Shown: piece by piece, positions 38,581-53,486 of the stretch | Position numbering within the stretch: position 1 is the stretch's first letter | How the letters are laid out: each line of letters opens with the position of its first letter | Assembly: GCF_006345805.1 (NCBI RefSeq) | Contig: NC_042997.1 | Coordinates: 135,904,001 to 135,968,000, forward strand | Source of the DNA: Octopus sinensis | Taxonomy: Eukaryota | DNA length: 64,000 bases | Reading direction: 5' to 3' | Translations under genes and position numbers: made by a program | Notes under the pieces: generated by a model | Database searches by the model: none | What the model was told of the DNA's origin: nothing | The model's input: only the letters and a program-made list of their open reading frames with translations

Positions 38581-40769
38581 TGTATATATGTATGTATATA
38601 TATACAAGCACACACACAAATATGTATATGCATATCATATCCCAGTTTTGCGTCTTATTTACAAATTTAATGAACAAACAAACAGCAAACAATATACATA
38701 CGGGCAGGCACACATACACACACACATACACGTGCTCGCATATAAATAAACTTTGTAGTGTAATAGTGTGTTAGCACTCTCCTCAGGTCATGTTTACAAT
38801 TTTCACATTCAATAATTAAGATTTTATGCCACCCTTGCAAGATTCTAGATCCTATTAAAGTAAACGTGCTTTGCAATACAATGAACTGAATCACTTAGCA
38901 AAGTGTCCTTACCTTCACTACAAAAGTATGCACATTATGATATACGGACGTTCTACCAAATCTGTTCAAAGCCTCTTACTTTCTCGTTTTTTGTATTCTA
39001 TTTTCAAATAATATATAAGAATTGTATATATTCCTAACTTTCGGATGACAGCTATTAAATTTGCTTCAACAGAACATTTATCCATCTGTTTTAGGACATT
39101 CATTGAATACGATTTTCACTTGCTGAATTTGTGATTAAAATGATACTTTGGAAACATTTTCTAAGTTTTGTCAGTTAATCTGTAGAAATAGACTGCAATT
39201 GTTACTTAATATTTCATGATGTCAACTCCCATGTAAGTGTTTGACTTAATATTTAATTAAAACACTTTATACTTCCACATATAACTTTAATTATTGCTTG
39301 GTTTTATCGTACGTGATCTGAGAACATTATTCGGTTTCATCTTCGACAAAATCTACCACACTTCAACAATTATCTTCAGCTTAAAAACAGCATAAACTTT
39401 TGATTTGTCTAAACTAAAGAGGATTTTGCGTAAAACATGAAATTCCAATTTCATTTATGACGCGTACCTATTAAATGCAGTCAAAATATTATTACCTGGT
39501 TTGACTTTAGTTATATACATTCCTAACCATTCCTAATTTTTTTTCACACAGATACTATAATACAAGCGCGCGCACACACACCCACACACACACTCACAAG
39601 CATACACACACATGGCAAATCAGCAACTTTCTTTTACCTATGCAACAATGATGGACACGGTCGATACTTAGAAGCAGTGAAGTCGGACAGCAATTGAGAA
39701 GTTCGATTAACTTTCAGGAAAATAACAAACTAGAATTTGTAATGTCCATCTCCTTTTCTATATATGTGACAAAATTAGAACAGTCGATTGGTATAATGGA
39801 TAGAGAGTAGTACAAAATACCTTACTATATTTAATTATATCTTTTTATATTCCTCCTTATTCATTATCTCGCCAGGAATAATTTCCATTTACTTTCTCTC
39901 CATTGGCGAATCTATAAAATATGCGTCAATCAAGGCCTGTGTTGCGTTTAATCGACTACACTACTGACATTTAGTATAAGGGTTTGTGCCTTTGTTAACG
40001 ATCAATATGTTGGAGAAAATTGATGGAAATCAGATAAAATATAGAGTCGAAACAAGTAACTGTTTCGACTTAAGAAGAAATCTCGTCCATGACTGTTTGG
40101 GAATTAACCCTTTGTGTCCTAAAGTATTATTCAACATTCTGTTAGAGGTTAGTTGTACTCTGAGTGCTATATAACTACGAGGAACTGATGATAGAAAGTG
40201 ATATCGGATGAGTCTGACCTGTAAATTGGAGTTGAAGATGATGGTAGTGACGGCGATGTTAGTAATTTTGATGATGATAAGCTGAAGAAGAGTGGATGAG
40301 AAGGCGGATCCAATGCATCGATAGATTAGGTGAAGAAATGGTATTTGCGATATATATATATATCTTATAATTAAGGGCTAAAGAAGGTTATTCTAAAGCC
40401 AATACACTGATTTATCCACTTTTAATCCACTTGTTACAGAAAAATTGAACTGAAAGCGGGCAACTAACCTTTGGAAATTTAAATTTCGTTATCTCTATAT
40501 TGAATCAATTTCGGAATTAATCCCATAAAGGATACATTCGTCGTCAGTAGAGCTTACGAGGGAATATAAATAAAATACTCACATGTGATTATGAAAAAAG
40601 CAGAAGCTAAAAACACAACTACATTTAAGTACATCATTTATATCTAAAAATAAAAACTCCTTGGTCAGTCTCAGAACAACGTGTGGACCTTTCGCCGCTA
40701 CATATTGTAATGGTTACCGGTCCCCTTGTAACAAGAAGTGAGTTTACTACTAACAATATAGGATGAAGT

Positions 40770-40815
<46 letters not shown>

Positions 40816-40854
40816 ACCATCTATCTATCTATATATATATATATGTATTTATAA

Positions 40855-41024
<170 letters not shown>

Positions 41025-41616
41025 TGATACGAAGAATCTGTCAAATGCCATGTCGACTTTCATCGAAGTGTCCTAGTTGTAATCACCTAATTTTCTGTTT
41101 CGATTTATTATACTGAACACTAAATCTTCTAAAATTACCTTTATGTTTCAAGAAAGAATTATGTAATAGAGGGATGTTTCATCGTCATTCCTATCATGTC
41201 TCCTCGATAGTGAAGCACATAAATATCTTGGCATATTAATGCATAGCACGTAACAGGGCATAAAGGTTATATCGATTGTATAGTTGGTCAACATAGTTGA
41301 TCGTATCTATATTTATTTCAGTGCGTGTGTAAGTGTTCGTTTGTGCGCATATGTGTAGTTAATGCTGCCATTTTAAAACAATTTTAAGAATCACAAAAGA
41401 ACATATACCGTTCAAGAGTCTTACTAGGAAAAGCACAATCAGATTTATCATAATTTTTGCCTAGGCCTTCCTTCTGACACCTTATTCTTCTATTCATACA
41501 ACTGTGTTGTGAACGTACGTCTCTGTGCGTGTAGGTGCATTTATGTACGCAAGCACATGTCCATGCTTGTGTCTATATGTACAGTTTTATCTTCCATGAA
41601 ATAACCAAATAAAATG

Positions 41617-42092
41617 TATTTCAGTCATTAGATAGCTGTGGTGCTGGGACACCGTCTGGCCGAGCTTTTAGTCGAATGAATCCACTCCAGTACTTATTGT
41701 TGAAAGACAAGCACTTGATCTATTTTTCTCTTTTGTCGACCCATTAAGTTACGAAGACGGAAACAACACGGCTACACCGGTTGTGAAGCGGTAGCGGGAG
41801 AAAATCATTAACACAAAGATACACACGCACACATACACACACACATGCCCACAAACACACGCACACACGTACATGTATACATAATACATACATTCATATA
41901 TATATATATATATATATATGGCGGGCTTCTTTCAGTTTCCGACTACAAAATACGCTGTCAAGGATTTTGGTCAGCCCGAGACTATAGTAGAAGTCACTAG
42001 AATTAAATGCTACGTAGTGGGATTGAGTCCGGAACAATATGGTTGGAACCATGTGGTTGGAAACCAAGATTTAAACCATGCAGCCACACCTA
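41617..42092 (-). mobile_element. Diverged full-length tRNA-derived SINE
   Basis: Reverse complement of tail (TTTCAGTCATT..GTGCTGGGACACC), body and head (CTTCTTTCAGTTTCC..AACCATGTGGTTGG..CAGCCACACC). Confidence 0.7.
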
Positions 42093-42284
42093 TTTTTGTT
42101 TGAAGAATGTTAATTAGACAAATTGATCCTAGTAATTTTATTAAAATAATCCATCATCCGTATCGTTTGCTCAATTGTTAACTTACGATAACGTAAACAC
42201 ACTAACGCCGGTTCTAAAGACACCTACATACATACATACATACATACATACATACATACATACATACATACATACATACATACA

Positions 42285-42445
42285 TACGGCGGGTTTCTTC
42301 CAGTCATCATCTGTTCAATCCATTCACAAGGCTCTGGTCTGCCGGAGGTGATAGTAGAAGACACTTTCCTAAGGTATCACGCAGTGGGACTAAATCTAGA
42401 ACCATGTGGTTGAGAAACAGACTTGACATACAGCCAAACCACTGA
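42285..42445 (-). mobile_element. SINE 5' head fragment
   Basis: ACGCAGTGGGACTAAA..AACCATGTGGTTG matches reverse complement of 3749-3910. Confidence 0.7.
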
Positions 42446-43106
42446 CCTATACAGTCTCGTCTGCGTCCATATGTGCGTGTGTATATGTGTGTGCACGTTT
42501 GTGTGTGTGTGTGCGTAGGCATGATGTATGTATGTGTGTATGTATGTATGTATGTATGTATGTATGTACGTATGTATGTATGTATGTATGTATGTATGTA
42601 TGTATGTATGTATGTATGTATGTACGTATGTATATGGCTTTGTCTTTTAAATATCTTCTGTTTTGTATTTCTGTCATTATCATGAAACGTCTATTCATTT
42701 ACTTTCCTTTATTCTTACTGAGGTAAAACTGAAGAAACTCTGTATATATTCGGTCGACATATTCGATTATAGTTATTTCTAAATTATTGCTTAGTGTTCT
42801 ATAAAATAAGTTTGTTATTGTTTAATCATGGTCTTGCTGACACTTTCCTCAAATTTTGACAGATTTATCATTTTTCTTGTTTAGCTCCAGACCCGTTCTA
42901 ACCGCTTAATTCTATAATCAAATATACAATTAACCAGAGAATGTGCTATTGTTATATACTGAAGTCTACATTTTCCAATGTGTTCATTTATTTTTAAGAC
43001 TTTAAAATGATAGCACCACAGCTATCTAATGACTGAAATACATTTTATTTGGCTGCCATTTCTAGCAGAGTTGTAGACACATTTTCCTTTTTCTCGGCAC
43101 TAACTA

Positions 43107-43654
43107 TTGGGTTGTCCGGAAAGTTCGTGCCGATTTTTAAAAGAATAAATAATTGCCATTAAATTCTTAATCAACCAAATATGAACCATTTTGTTGCACA
43201 ATGCGTCTTCATCTTTCCTTTAACTTGAAAATACCCTCTTCCCAGAATTGAGGTGGTTTCATGGCAAAGAATTCATCAAGGTATCTTTTTGCGTCTCCAA
43301 GAAATTGAAATGTTTACCATTAAGACTGCAGAGACCTGAATAAGTGGAAACCCGAAGAAGCAATATCTGGTGAATATGGAGGGTGGGGTAACACATCCCA
43401 GCCGAGCTACAGCACTTTTTGTCTGGTTCCAAAAGCATCAAGTGCCAAAAATGAACTTTCTTATCTTCCATTGTAAAGAGTTACATAATTAATACAGGTT
43501 ATAGGAACATAACCCTTCTTCCACGAAAAGATAGCTTAAACTGTGCTCTAAATGGAGGTGTAGTAAAATCCTATTTGCATGGACTCAACCATGTTCTAAA
43601 ATAAGTCGAAATGTAAGCTACTATAAATCAGCTCGAACTTTCCGGACAACCCAA
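43107..43654 (-). mobile_element. Internally deleted mariner with 30-bp TIRs and TA target duplication
   Basis: TIR TTGGGTTGTCCGGAAAGTTCG(T/A)GC(C/T)GATTT, TA at 43105-6 and 43655-6; minus-strand MEDKKVHFWHLML fused to C-terminal mariner sequence. Confidence 0.9.
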
Positions 43655-44500
43655 TACTTCGGATTTTCTCTCATAACAATGTAGCTCCAATGTCGATAAC
43701 GAAAATATTCATGAGATTTCCATTCTGCCAACGTTTTCTAAGTACTAAACTCCTATGTTATATGAGTGAAAATTATGTTCAAGGTATTACACTCATATTA
43801 TATGAGTGAAAATAAAGATTGCATTGTTGTTGTTGTTGTTGTTGTTACTGTTATTGAGGGTAGTGTTGTTGCTTTGCCGCAAATCAATTTTGATCGAGCA
43901 CAGCTATGATCAAAACTATACGAGGTGGAATTGTCTCGTTTTTTCACTAAGTATGTAGGATTCCTTTCTCTAATATGTCCCCCTCGTTGTCAAGGACATT
44001 CGATGTATAATGTAAAATAGAAATGGTTGATATTTCTATTAAGTCAAGTGTCTGTTAAGATTCCATCGAAACAGGATTTTATGAAATGTATGCAAGAAAG
44101 GGAGGTTATTGCATTACATAATAAGCAGCTTTAAATAATTTGATTTTGTTTTCATTGTCTTAATTTTTCAATATATGTGTAAATATAACAATCGTTTACT
44201 AATGTCAATTAGCTAATTATCTAGAGATACGTTTTATGGAAGATAAAACTTAGAAAATATAAAAATCAATATAATATATTTATTTCATATATGGCAACAA
44301 TTTGAGAAAATGCTAAGTAATATGCAGAGTATTATATATGTACACAATGTGTAAATGGCTTTTAGATACTTGGTGTAAATGCGTGTATATATGTATATTT
44401 GTGGCTGTGTATGGGTATGTGTTAGAAATATTCGTTGCATTTCCAAAAGTTATAATTCCATCAATGCTCTGCACTAGTGGATAATGATCATTTTACATTA

Positions 44501-44565
<65 letters not shown>

Positions 44566-45923
44566 TAAAGTACATTATATTCATTGTTGATGATCGATAT
44601 ATATCATATATATTCCTTCGGGTATTCTCTAAAGGCCTGCACAAAATGGCTTTAAGCCAATCGGTATCGCAAATTATATTGTTCTAAAAGGTATATTTTG
44701 AAACAAGAAAATATTTATGATCATAGTTTTAGGGAAGTTATATTGAGCTAGAATATAAATATAATCTCGCCGTTCTCTAGTGATGATAGATTAAACAGTT
44801 TATAACATTAGGTTCAATTTATACGACAGCTGTCATCGCATGAAACAAGAATTGAGTGTTTGAGTAATTACATTACTCTGACAACGAAGATACACATATA
44901 ATTTTCTTGTTTTCAATGACAGTGACTGCATCTTTTCTTGGACTTGTATGCAAAGAACTTTCTTTCGGCTCCTTATTTTAGAGACTCTACGGAAAGAAGC
45001 ACTGCCCAGATGAAGCCATTCTATATACGTTAATGATTTCTCATGTCTAAATCTATATTCTGAACTGGTGGAGCAACGAAATGAAGACTGTTTTTAGAAT
45101 TCATGTACTAGTAGTTTTTGTGTTTCGTATTATAACTGCGTTTAATTCCTCACTTCACTCTTCAAATTTACATTTACTTTTTCTCTCTCTCAATGATTTT
45201 ATGAAAGAAACAAATTATACACCGTTGTTATGTTATTGGATGCAAACTACACAGAAGGTACGCTAGCAAACAATTATGAAAATTGTAGTCAAAACTGAAT
45301 ATCTGTCCTTCATAAAAAATCTTAGTTCTTTGAGTTCGTTCCAATATAGAAAAAGACAAAGACTCAGCTAAGACATCGGTGTAAAGGGAGCTATCAGTAA
45401 CAAAAGTGTGTATATGAGAGTAAAGATGAGCATGTTTATTATGTGAATGTGTTGTATGTATCCATGCTGATACGTGTGTTAACAGTGGGTATGCATTAGT
45501 AATGAAAGACTGTATAGTGTGTCCTTAAATGGTAGAGCGTGTGGGTTTTGATTCTGTAAAATGTTGTGTTTGTATATGTATGAGTGTAGTTAAGTATGAG
45601 AGTGTGATTAGATGTGATGCCTTGGTATGTATAGTATGTGCCTTTTGTGCTTATGTTGTATGTATTTTATGTTTGATGTGTCTATGGTGCGTGTGCACAT
45701 ATAGATGTCAATATGTACTCTATGTGTTAGAAGTGTGTCTGTTTGTGCATATGGGTCTATATCTTTAGTTACGTTTGAGCTTGAAACTATGTACATGTGA
45801 GGTGTACATACAATGTGACCTGTATGGGTTATGTGCATTAGGTGTATGTTGAAGATGATGTTGTGTGTTGTCTATATTACTGTAAGTATCCACACCTGCG
45901 TCGCAGTTTGTGTAAGGTATGTG

Positions 45924-45966
<43 letters not shown>

Positions 45967-47649
45967 GACATCTGTAACTATGAAAAAAAAACAATCCCGT
46001 TGTTTAAACTACACGTGTTGTTCAAAGGAGAAAATATTCTTTTTTATATTCACGTTGCAACTGGGTTATGGAAGTATTCTGTGAAACAATACGTGAGACG
46101 AAAACGTGCAGGAATTATATTTCGATGAAACAAAGCTGCAACAGAGTCCTTTAATCATCCCGTTGATGTTCGCTAAAAGTAATAAGCTGGCTTGATCATA
46201 AGCGTTATTTCAAGGAATTGATCTGGGGACAGGTTGCAGAAAATCTAATCGTAGTCCATCGTTTCTGTGTTGAGTCAATAAGAGAGCCTTTATGAAGCAG
46301 TACGACCTGCTCGAAACAGCAGCAACATCTCTCTTCAACCCCAGTTCAAAAGACAGAAAGAAGACATTGCAAGTTACACTCTGATGAACGAAAATAGAAA
46401 GTTTACGTACGAAGCATCCTTAATCTGGTGTGCTCTTGATTAGAGCAAACCTAGGGTTTAAATAATAATAATTAGAACACCAACAACAATAGGTTCGTGG
46501 AAATAAACACCTCAACTTTTGGTTTGGGTTGACGATAAGTTTTTGATTAATAGTTAAGCCACTATTTAATTTTGACGTTTATAATGCGGTGAACATTTGG
46601 ACATTGTATTATAATTAAAAACACCAATTTCAATTAACTGAAAATTTTCAAAGGAAATTAGTGAAAGTCGACATCGTAAATAATTGCTAAAGAAAATTCT
46701 GAAGATAAGTCGAGCATCAATACGCTTGATTGCCGTGCAGAGTCGAGAATCTAAACTCTTAACCTAAAAAACCTTGCCTTTCTCACTCCTTCCGGCAACC
46801 GACCATATTGACATTTAATAAGATTTTGTGGAATGAATTAGTAAACACGCTACGAGAAGGCATCGATTTGTACATTCTATTCCAGGAAGAAAATGTTGAT
46901 TTCTTAAGTAGGAATATGGTCAAACATTTTTAAGTGGTAGTGTAATCCATTGAATCTACCCTAGAACATCACTGAGGCTAATTTTATCGATTGTACAAGG
47001 ATGAAAGGCAAAGTTTGCACAAGCAAACATTTAGCAGAGAATGCAACATTTTGCATCTAATGCATTCGTCCATCATTCTGCTACTGGTTGGAAACTGTAT
47101 AAACATCATGTGACAAATTTCCTTTACTTTTCCGCCAGAAAAGAAAACAGTTGCACCAATTAAAAATTTTTTAATATTTAGACATTGTTCTGACAATATT
47201 CCGCAGATATTACTAATGCGTCGCTTTCTTCTCTTATCTTTGTTTTCCTTTTATTGTTCTATACTTGGGAGGTTCTATAATTAGTCATTATTGATACTTA
47301 AAAGACACTTGAATGATAAGCTTAAGCGACTTCCCAAATATGATGCACACATTTCAATACATTAAATTAATAAATTCTTTTGAATCTCTTATAATGTATC
47401 ATGAACATACAGAAGAACAATAGAAGAAAATATATAGCTTAAATTTATCTTTGAATTAACCTTCGTAACATTTTAAAATACTCTCAAATAATATTTTCCT
47501 ATGTGACGACTCAAGAGTTGTATAACTGGTGTATAAATACTTTTACACATTTGATGATATAATTTGAATACTGCGATGAGATATAAAAAGATATGCATAG
47601 CCAAAATTGCAAACTGGTATGACCTCGTAGAATGTAACATGCATTTGCC

Positions 47650-47687
<38 letters not shown>

Positions 47688-47746
47688 TATGTACTTTTAA
47701 GTTTCTATCTACGAAACGCATAAACGAGCCTTTGGTCCAGACGCAA

Positions 47747-48218
47747 TTTTTTCCCACGAGAGTTCCAGACCCCAGTTTGCATACAGCCAATCAAAGCTCA
47801 ACTAATTTATGAGCACATAAGTAATGGATGATAAGATAAGGTCATTTGGGTAAGGAATAACCATGCTTCTTTCTTTTCTCTTTTGAAAATGCTTCTGTTC
47901 TTGTTCTTGTTTCAACCAAGAGTGAGGGGAAAGAGTTGCTAGCACATCACCCTCTTGCTCACATTTTTTCCATCCACATCTTTACCATATAGAGCCCTAA
48001 CAAAATCCGATAATAGGTAAGATGCAAATCTTTCAAATTACTTGTTTCCTTTAAAATAAGGTATAACTTGGCGATCGGTCGACTCACAACACCGTTCTTC
48101 ATCTTACGTTTACTTGGTAGAGTGTGTTTGTTAACTTCACAACAAGGTCAAGGCAAGCTTTAATTGGCTGTATTCAAATTAGTCCATTACTGGAGTCCAG
48201 AACTCTCGTGGGAAAATT
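47747..48218. mobile_element. MITE-like element with ~60-bp imperfect inverted arms
   Basis: TTTCCCACGAGAGTTC..CATACAGCCAATCAAAGCT versus AGCTTTAATTGGCTGTAT..GAACTCTCGTGGGAAA. Confidence 0.6.
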
Positions 48219-48219
48219 C

Positions 48220-48316
48220 TCGGCCCGGACTGAAGTAGAAGACACTTGGCGCCGTGCTGAGGGACTGAACATGGAACAATATGATCGGGAAGCAAACTTC
48301 TTACCACTCAGCCATG
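48220..48316 (-). mobile_element. SINE 5' head fragment
   Basis: Reverse complement GGCATGGCTGAGTGGTAAGAAG..GTTCAGTCCC..AAGTGTCTTCTAC. Confidence 0.7.
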
Positions 48317-48425
48317 CCAATATGTATGAAGGTATACATACATACATAAATACATACATATATACATACATACATACATACTAACATACTAACATACATA
48401 CATACATATATATACATATATATTA

Positions 48426-49245
48426 CATGGAAAAAGGCGAGCAACAGAAATAATATTTTAGGATTATAAACCTGGAGAATTACAAGACATGTTATTACAC
48501 TTGGAAATGTTCAGGGCAACTTATTACATCTGGAAAAGTACAGAACAAGAAAATTTTTACTTAAAATATTGCAACTAAGGATAAAATTCCAAATAAAATA
48601 TTTAGATTTAGAAAATAGCCTTTATTAAAACTAAAAGTTATACCGTCTATTTGTTATTACTTGTTACCTCTATTGAAAATTTAAAATAGCTCAAAATATT
48701 TTTGGCACTTTAAAAAAATTCATTTTTTTAATTATTAATAAATAATTAGAAATTTGAAAATAGGTTATAAAAATAATAGTAATTCTTAGTTTGTTAGTAC
48801 AATAAAAAGAATAATACAAAGAGTAGTTATATATTACAGTAAAATTTACCTATAACAACAAATTCACAGTAAAGTTATTGTCAAGTCTTCACATTTATAG
48901 TCTTAACCCAATGCCTATTTTTTACATAATGAATTTGCCTATCATATATAGTATTCTACTTTGCATAAAACTTTAGCTATATTGATACTTCTGGCTCTAA
49001 TTTTTTAAGTATTCTAGTGGGACAGTATTTTTAATTATAATGTTACTTTGTAAATTAAAATCAAATAATTTTTGATATTAAAATTTTAACCTTAGCTGCA
49101 ATATTGCAAGTAAAAATTTTCTCGTCCTATACTTTGCCAGATGTAATAAGTTGTCCTGAATTTTTCCAAATGTAATAACTTGTCCTATGATTTTCCAGGT
49201 ATATAATCATAAGAATATTATTTCTCTTGCTCGCATTTTTCCATG
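48426..49245. mobile_element. ~820-bp foldback/MITE with ~155-bp inverted arms containing sub-repeats
   Basis: 48426-48580 versus 49090-49245 (CATGGAAAAA..GCGAGCAA.AGAAATAAT..TTATTACATCTGG..AATATTGCA.CTAAGG). Confidence 0.8.
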
Positions 49246-49957
49246 GAATCCATTTTTTTTCCAGGTTATGCTATTATTTAATTAATAATGTGTCAAATGT
49301 GTTAATTAGCGGTGTTGTTGATAAGTTTGTCCTTACCTCAATGACGCCGGAGACATATTTTAAAATTCCCTTTATAGAACTATATTCATAAAAATTTTAG
49401 AACTACATTATCAAACTCAAATTCGAGAAACAAACACTCATAACTTTTTTCTTTTAAAACTTAATTGCATAAGAGTGATACCATGAAAATCCTCGATTAG
49501 AGCTCTATATATCAGTTAAGCTTAATTAAAATATAGTTTGTTTTTAAAATTTTTTTAAATAGTTATACTTACATCCATTCAAATTCGTTACATTTTTTTG
49601 ATGATATTTCACATCACAACTTCTTTTATACAAATTTTTGTTGCATGAGGACAAAACTATGATATTCTTCATGCTTTCATCTATCATTGAAGCTAAGATA
49701 AATATATTTTTCTTTAAAAATAAATTTAAAATTATTCAGATTTATACTTGATTGGTGGCGTTACTTACTCTCCTATAATGTTGTTACAAATTTTAATGTA
49801 AATTCTTTTCTACTGGATCAAATGTCAATTTCTTTTTATGCCAAAATATAGCTAGGGACCAATCCATTTCAAAGGTGTTAACAGTTTTCAATTTGGTTAA
49901 GAACTGAATTAGCAACAAGCTCTGAAATATGCTGTGCGTATAGAAACAGAGAGAGAG

Positions 49958-50332
49958 TAATAAATAGGTATAAACACATGAACAAAAAAATAAATAAAAA
50001 CAAATTAAATGAACTTGTATAAACAGCAGATACAGATAATACAGGCACTCCCCCACACACATAGCCACACATAGGGGTATACGCATGCGCAAATAAAGAC
50101 ACCTATAATAAGAATACAAAATACAAAATGGCTGATTGTTAGTAAGGAAAGACACACAAATAAGAAAGAAGAAAGCAAAGCACAACTGATGAGGTCACAG
50201 AAGTGTGACGAAAGAACTCTGACCGAAATACTATTAATGTAAAAAATAAAATAAAGCTGAAGCAAAGTAACACCACGTGTTAAACAACGTGTGTTTTTAT
50301 TGTCTAAACTGGCAACATGACCATCCCCAAAT

Positions 50333-50340
<8 letters not shown>
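49958..50340 (+). mobile_element. Family H1 solo right arm plus interior; hammerhead-like core at 50186-50219
   Basis: Aligns to 11757-12133; CUGAUGA-G-GUCACA-GAAG-UGUGAC-GAAA-GAACUC; ends at (TA)n. Confidence 0.85.
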
Positions 50341-50377
<37 letters not shown>

Positions 50378-52050
50378 CGAGTTTTTCTTATTCACTTTCG
50401 GAAAAAAAGAGTTCTCTATACCGTGGTAGAGATTATTCATATTTTATTTTGGTCGGGTTAGTCTCTTGCTACCGTGAGATTCATCTGTCAGTACACAGGA
50501 TCTTCAAGCAAGCTGCAACTTGCCTCACTCACAAATTTCCTGAGGATCCTGTGTACCTACATGTGTGTCCCGACGAAATAAAAATGTGTGTCTATATGTA
50601 TAAGTAGATATATATCTTTTTATGTGTATGTATGGCTGTGTATGTGTATAACTATTTATATTGATTATATACCATAGTAATCTTCAATAACAATTTAGAA
50701 CTTGAAGTTATTATGATTTACTGGTAATAAATACACGTCATTTTCAAATCAACGTTGTCTTTATTTTTAAAGTAATTTGAAATGATTTTAAGGACTTATT
50801 TCAATGAATATGAATGCCGTTCCTACATTATTATTGCAAAGAAGAAGCTCCGAAAGAATTTCTTAGGAAATGCATTCATATGAAAAGCATTTTCTTTTAA
50901 CTGAACTATCACAAAGCTTGCATAAACTATGTTCTACAGATTCGAAGAATCGTTCTTTCTATGCAGGAACGGAATACAGTAGTCAATATTCAAGCTTGAA
51001 GACTTATTTTCTATATTCAATTTTCCTAAAATAAGTCGTTTTCCTTATAAGGCTGAGATAATTCTATTTAATACCAGTTCAGAGCACGCTATATTCCTTT
51101 GTTTTATTGCTTTTATCTGTTTTTGTTGTTTGTTTTTTTGTGCTTGTAATACATTAGGAAATATAAAGAGAATTATAAATATTACATAAGATGCGAATAT
51201 GTTCAGGACCTCTAAGGAAATGCCATGCAACTTCATGGATTAATTAATGTAATAGATCACGTGTTTATACTCAAATGTATATATACACATACACAGATAT
51301 ACACATGCACGCACAATCACACGAAAAATATATGCAAGGATGTGTGCGTGTGTCTGACATTTTTGTGTGTATGAATATATGTAAACACACACATAGACAC
51401 AAATATATATATTGCAAGTACACATAATTGCAACATCCACTGTGCAATAAAACTGACATACATGAACAATACATTTATATAAAATTCAGGAAACATACAA
51501 GATAAAAAGCTTATGTAGTATAAAGGCATGGAATTAAATCCCATCTATGACATTTACACCATCAAGTCATCAGGTGCATAATGCAAAATATTTTTCCTTG
51601 CCTATGGGAACTATGAATAAATCCATATCATACATGTATTTAACCGAGATACGCAATTGTCAATTATTGTTTAATAATATATGACCTCTACACACTTAAA
51701 TACGTTTTAAAACTTCATTGTCCTTACTTCAACTCAAGTTTTCTGCCTTTTCAATCTTGGCCTTTCAGATTCTAAACATATTCTGCTTAAAACTCCTAAT
51801 ACAACTTCTGTAAATGGCAATGATTTATTATGCAAAAATAACAGTAAGCATTGTTTACTAAATCGACTAAGGTTATTTTAAATACTACGTTCACATCTTG
51901 CCATGATGTTTTCTTCAGGAAAATTGTTACTGCTTATAAAAGACCACACCAGTAAATGTAGTACCATTAAAATTTGTCTACATTGGAACCGTTGTTTAAA
52001 AGAAAATTAGAAGAATTTGTCAGTTTTCAGCTAATTCTTCCTAAATTATA

Positions 52051-52118
52051 GGCGGTGCTCCAGCATGGCCGCAGTCAAATGACTGAAACAAGTAAAAGAG
52101 TAAAAGAGAGAGAGAGTA
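52051..52118 (+). mobile_element. SINE 3' tail fragment
   Basis: GGCGGTGCTCCAGCATGGCCGCAGTCAAATGACTGAAACAAGTAAAAGAGTAAAAG. Confidence 0.8.
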
Positions 52119-52289
52119 AATGTAATTTGATAGTTCTTAAGCTTTCTTAAAATTCAAATTCCTGTCATTCCCTACTTCCATAAAATATTTTCCCTGTTTG
52201 GATTGTTTCAACAAATGTAAGGTAAAATGGATGCATACTGTGTTTGCTTTAAACGGATATCAATATTCTATATCTTTGATGTTATATCT

Positions 52290-52529
52290 TTTACTTGTTT
52301 AGTCATTAGACTGCGGTCATACTGGTGCACCGCCTTGAAGAATTTTTTAGTGGAAAGAGTTGACCACAGTAGTTATATTTTTAAGCATGGTACTTATTCT
52401 ATCGATCTCTTTTGCCGAAGCACTAATCCGTGGAGACGCAAACACACAAATACCGGTTGTCAAGTAGTGGCGAGGGACAAACACAGACACAAAACACACA
52501 CATAGATGCGCGCGTGTGCAAACAAACAC

Positions 52530-52563
<34 letters not shown>

Positions 52564-52768
52564 GTCACCAGTCGCCATGATAAGATTGTTAGCTACTACA
52601 CACAATTTTCCTCCCCTTGTTTGTCTCCTTGTTTTTCCTGTGTCCCTTTCTGTAGAAGAGCGTAGGCTCGAAACGTAAAATACTTTTTTCTATTCCTGAG
52701 CGTTATACTAATACATCTGTTTGTTTTGTACACCACCTGTCTTCGTCTTTTGTTTTTTCGTAAACTCT

Positions 52769-52855
<87 letters not shown>

Positions 52856-53011
52856 TTACGATGAGCTTCTTTCAGTTTCCATCCACCACATCCACTCAGC
52901 AAACTACGTTCAGCCCGAGGCTAGAGTAGAAGACACCTGCCCAAGGTGCCACGCAGAGGGACTCAACCCAGACTCATGTTGTTGGGAATCAAACCTCTTA
53001 CCACATAGTCA
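52290..53011 (-). mobile_element. tRNA-derived SINE interrupted in its TA tract by a family-H2 element
   Basis: Tail/body at 52290-52510 and head at 52856-53011 are collinear on the minus strand. Confidence 0.75.
52563..52775 (+). mobile_element. Family H2 element with variant hammerhead-like motif at 52647-52680
   Basis: UUU-CUGUAGA-A-GAGC-GUAG-GCUC-GAAA-CGUA-AAA; TA-flanked on both sides. Confidence 0.78.
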
Positions 53012-53486
53012 CGTCTTTATTACGGAAGTTTTGTTCCAGTGAAACATTGCTGAAAGTGAAAATTATTACTTTAATAGCGTTAAACTCGACATTCTATTCA
53101 ATGGACAATAAATAAATTCTGAATATCCTGCTGTTATATCAAATAAAAACAATACCGAATTTTTAATTTATATTTGAACTATTTGCACTTGACCTCTCTG
53201 AGAATATTATCCGATAATTTAATACAAATGAGGCGCCATATATTATTATATACCAAAATTATTTTTTCAGTTTGGCTACACCAATTTCATTATTGCAAAT
53301 AGCAATGGCTTTATGAAAACCTGTAAATACGAAGAATTTAACGAAAATAGTATATTCGTAATTGTATATTTTATCTTGGATATAGATTTTTTTTTAAACT
53401 TTCATACATGTGTGCTTGCGTGTGCTTGCGTGTATGTATATATGTACGTGTGTTTGCGTGTATGTATATATATATATATATACATA

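Noticed and set aside
46283-46443. 52-codon frame with SLYEAV (ITIM-like) as a terminal exon
   Set aside because: Poor acceptor, length within chance expectation, no recognisable homology
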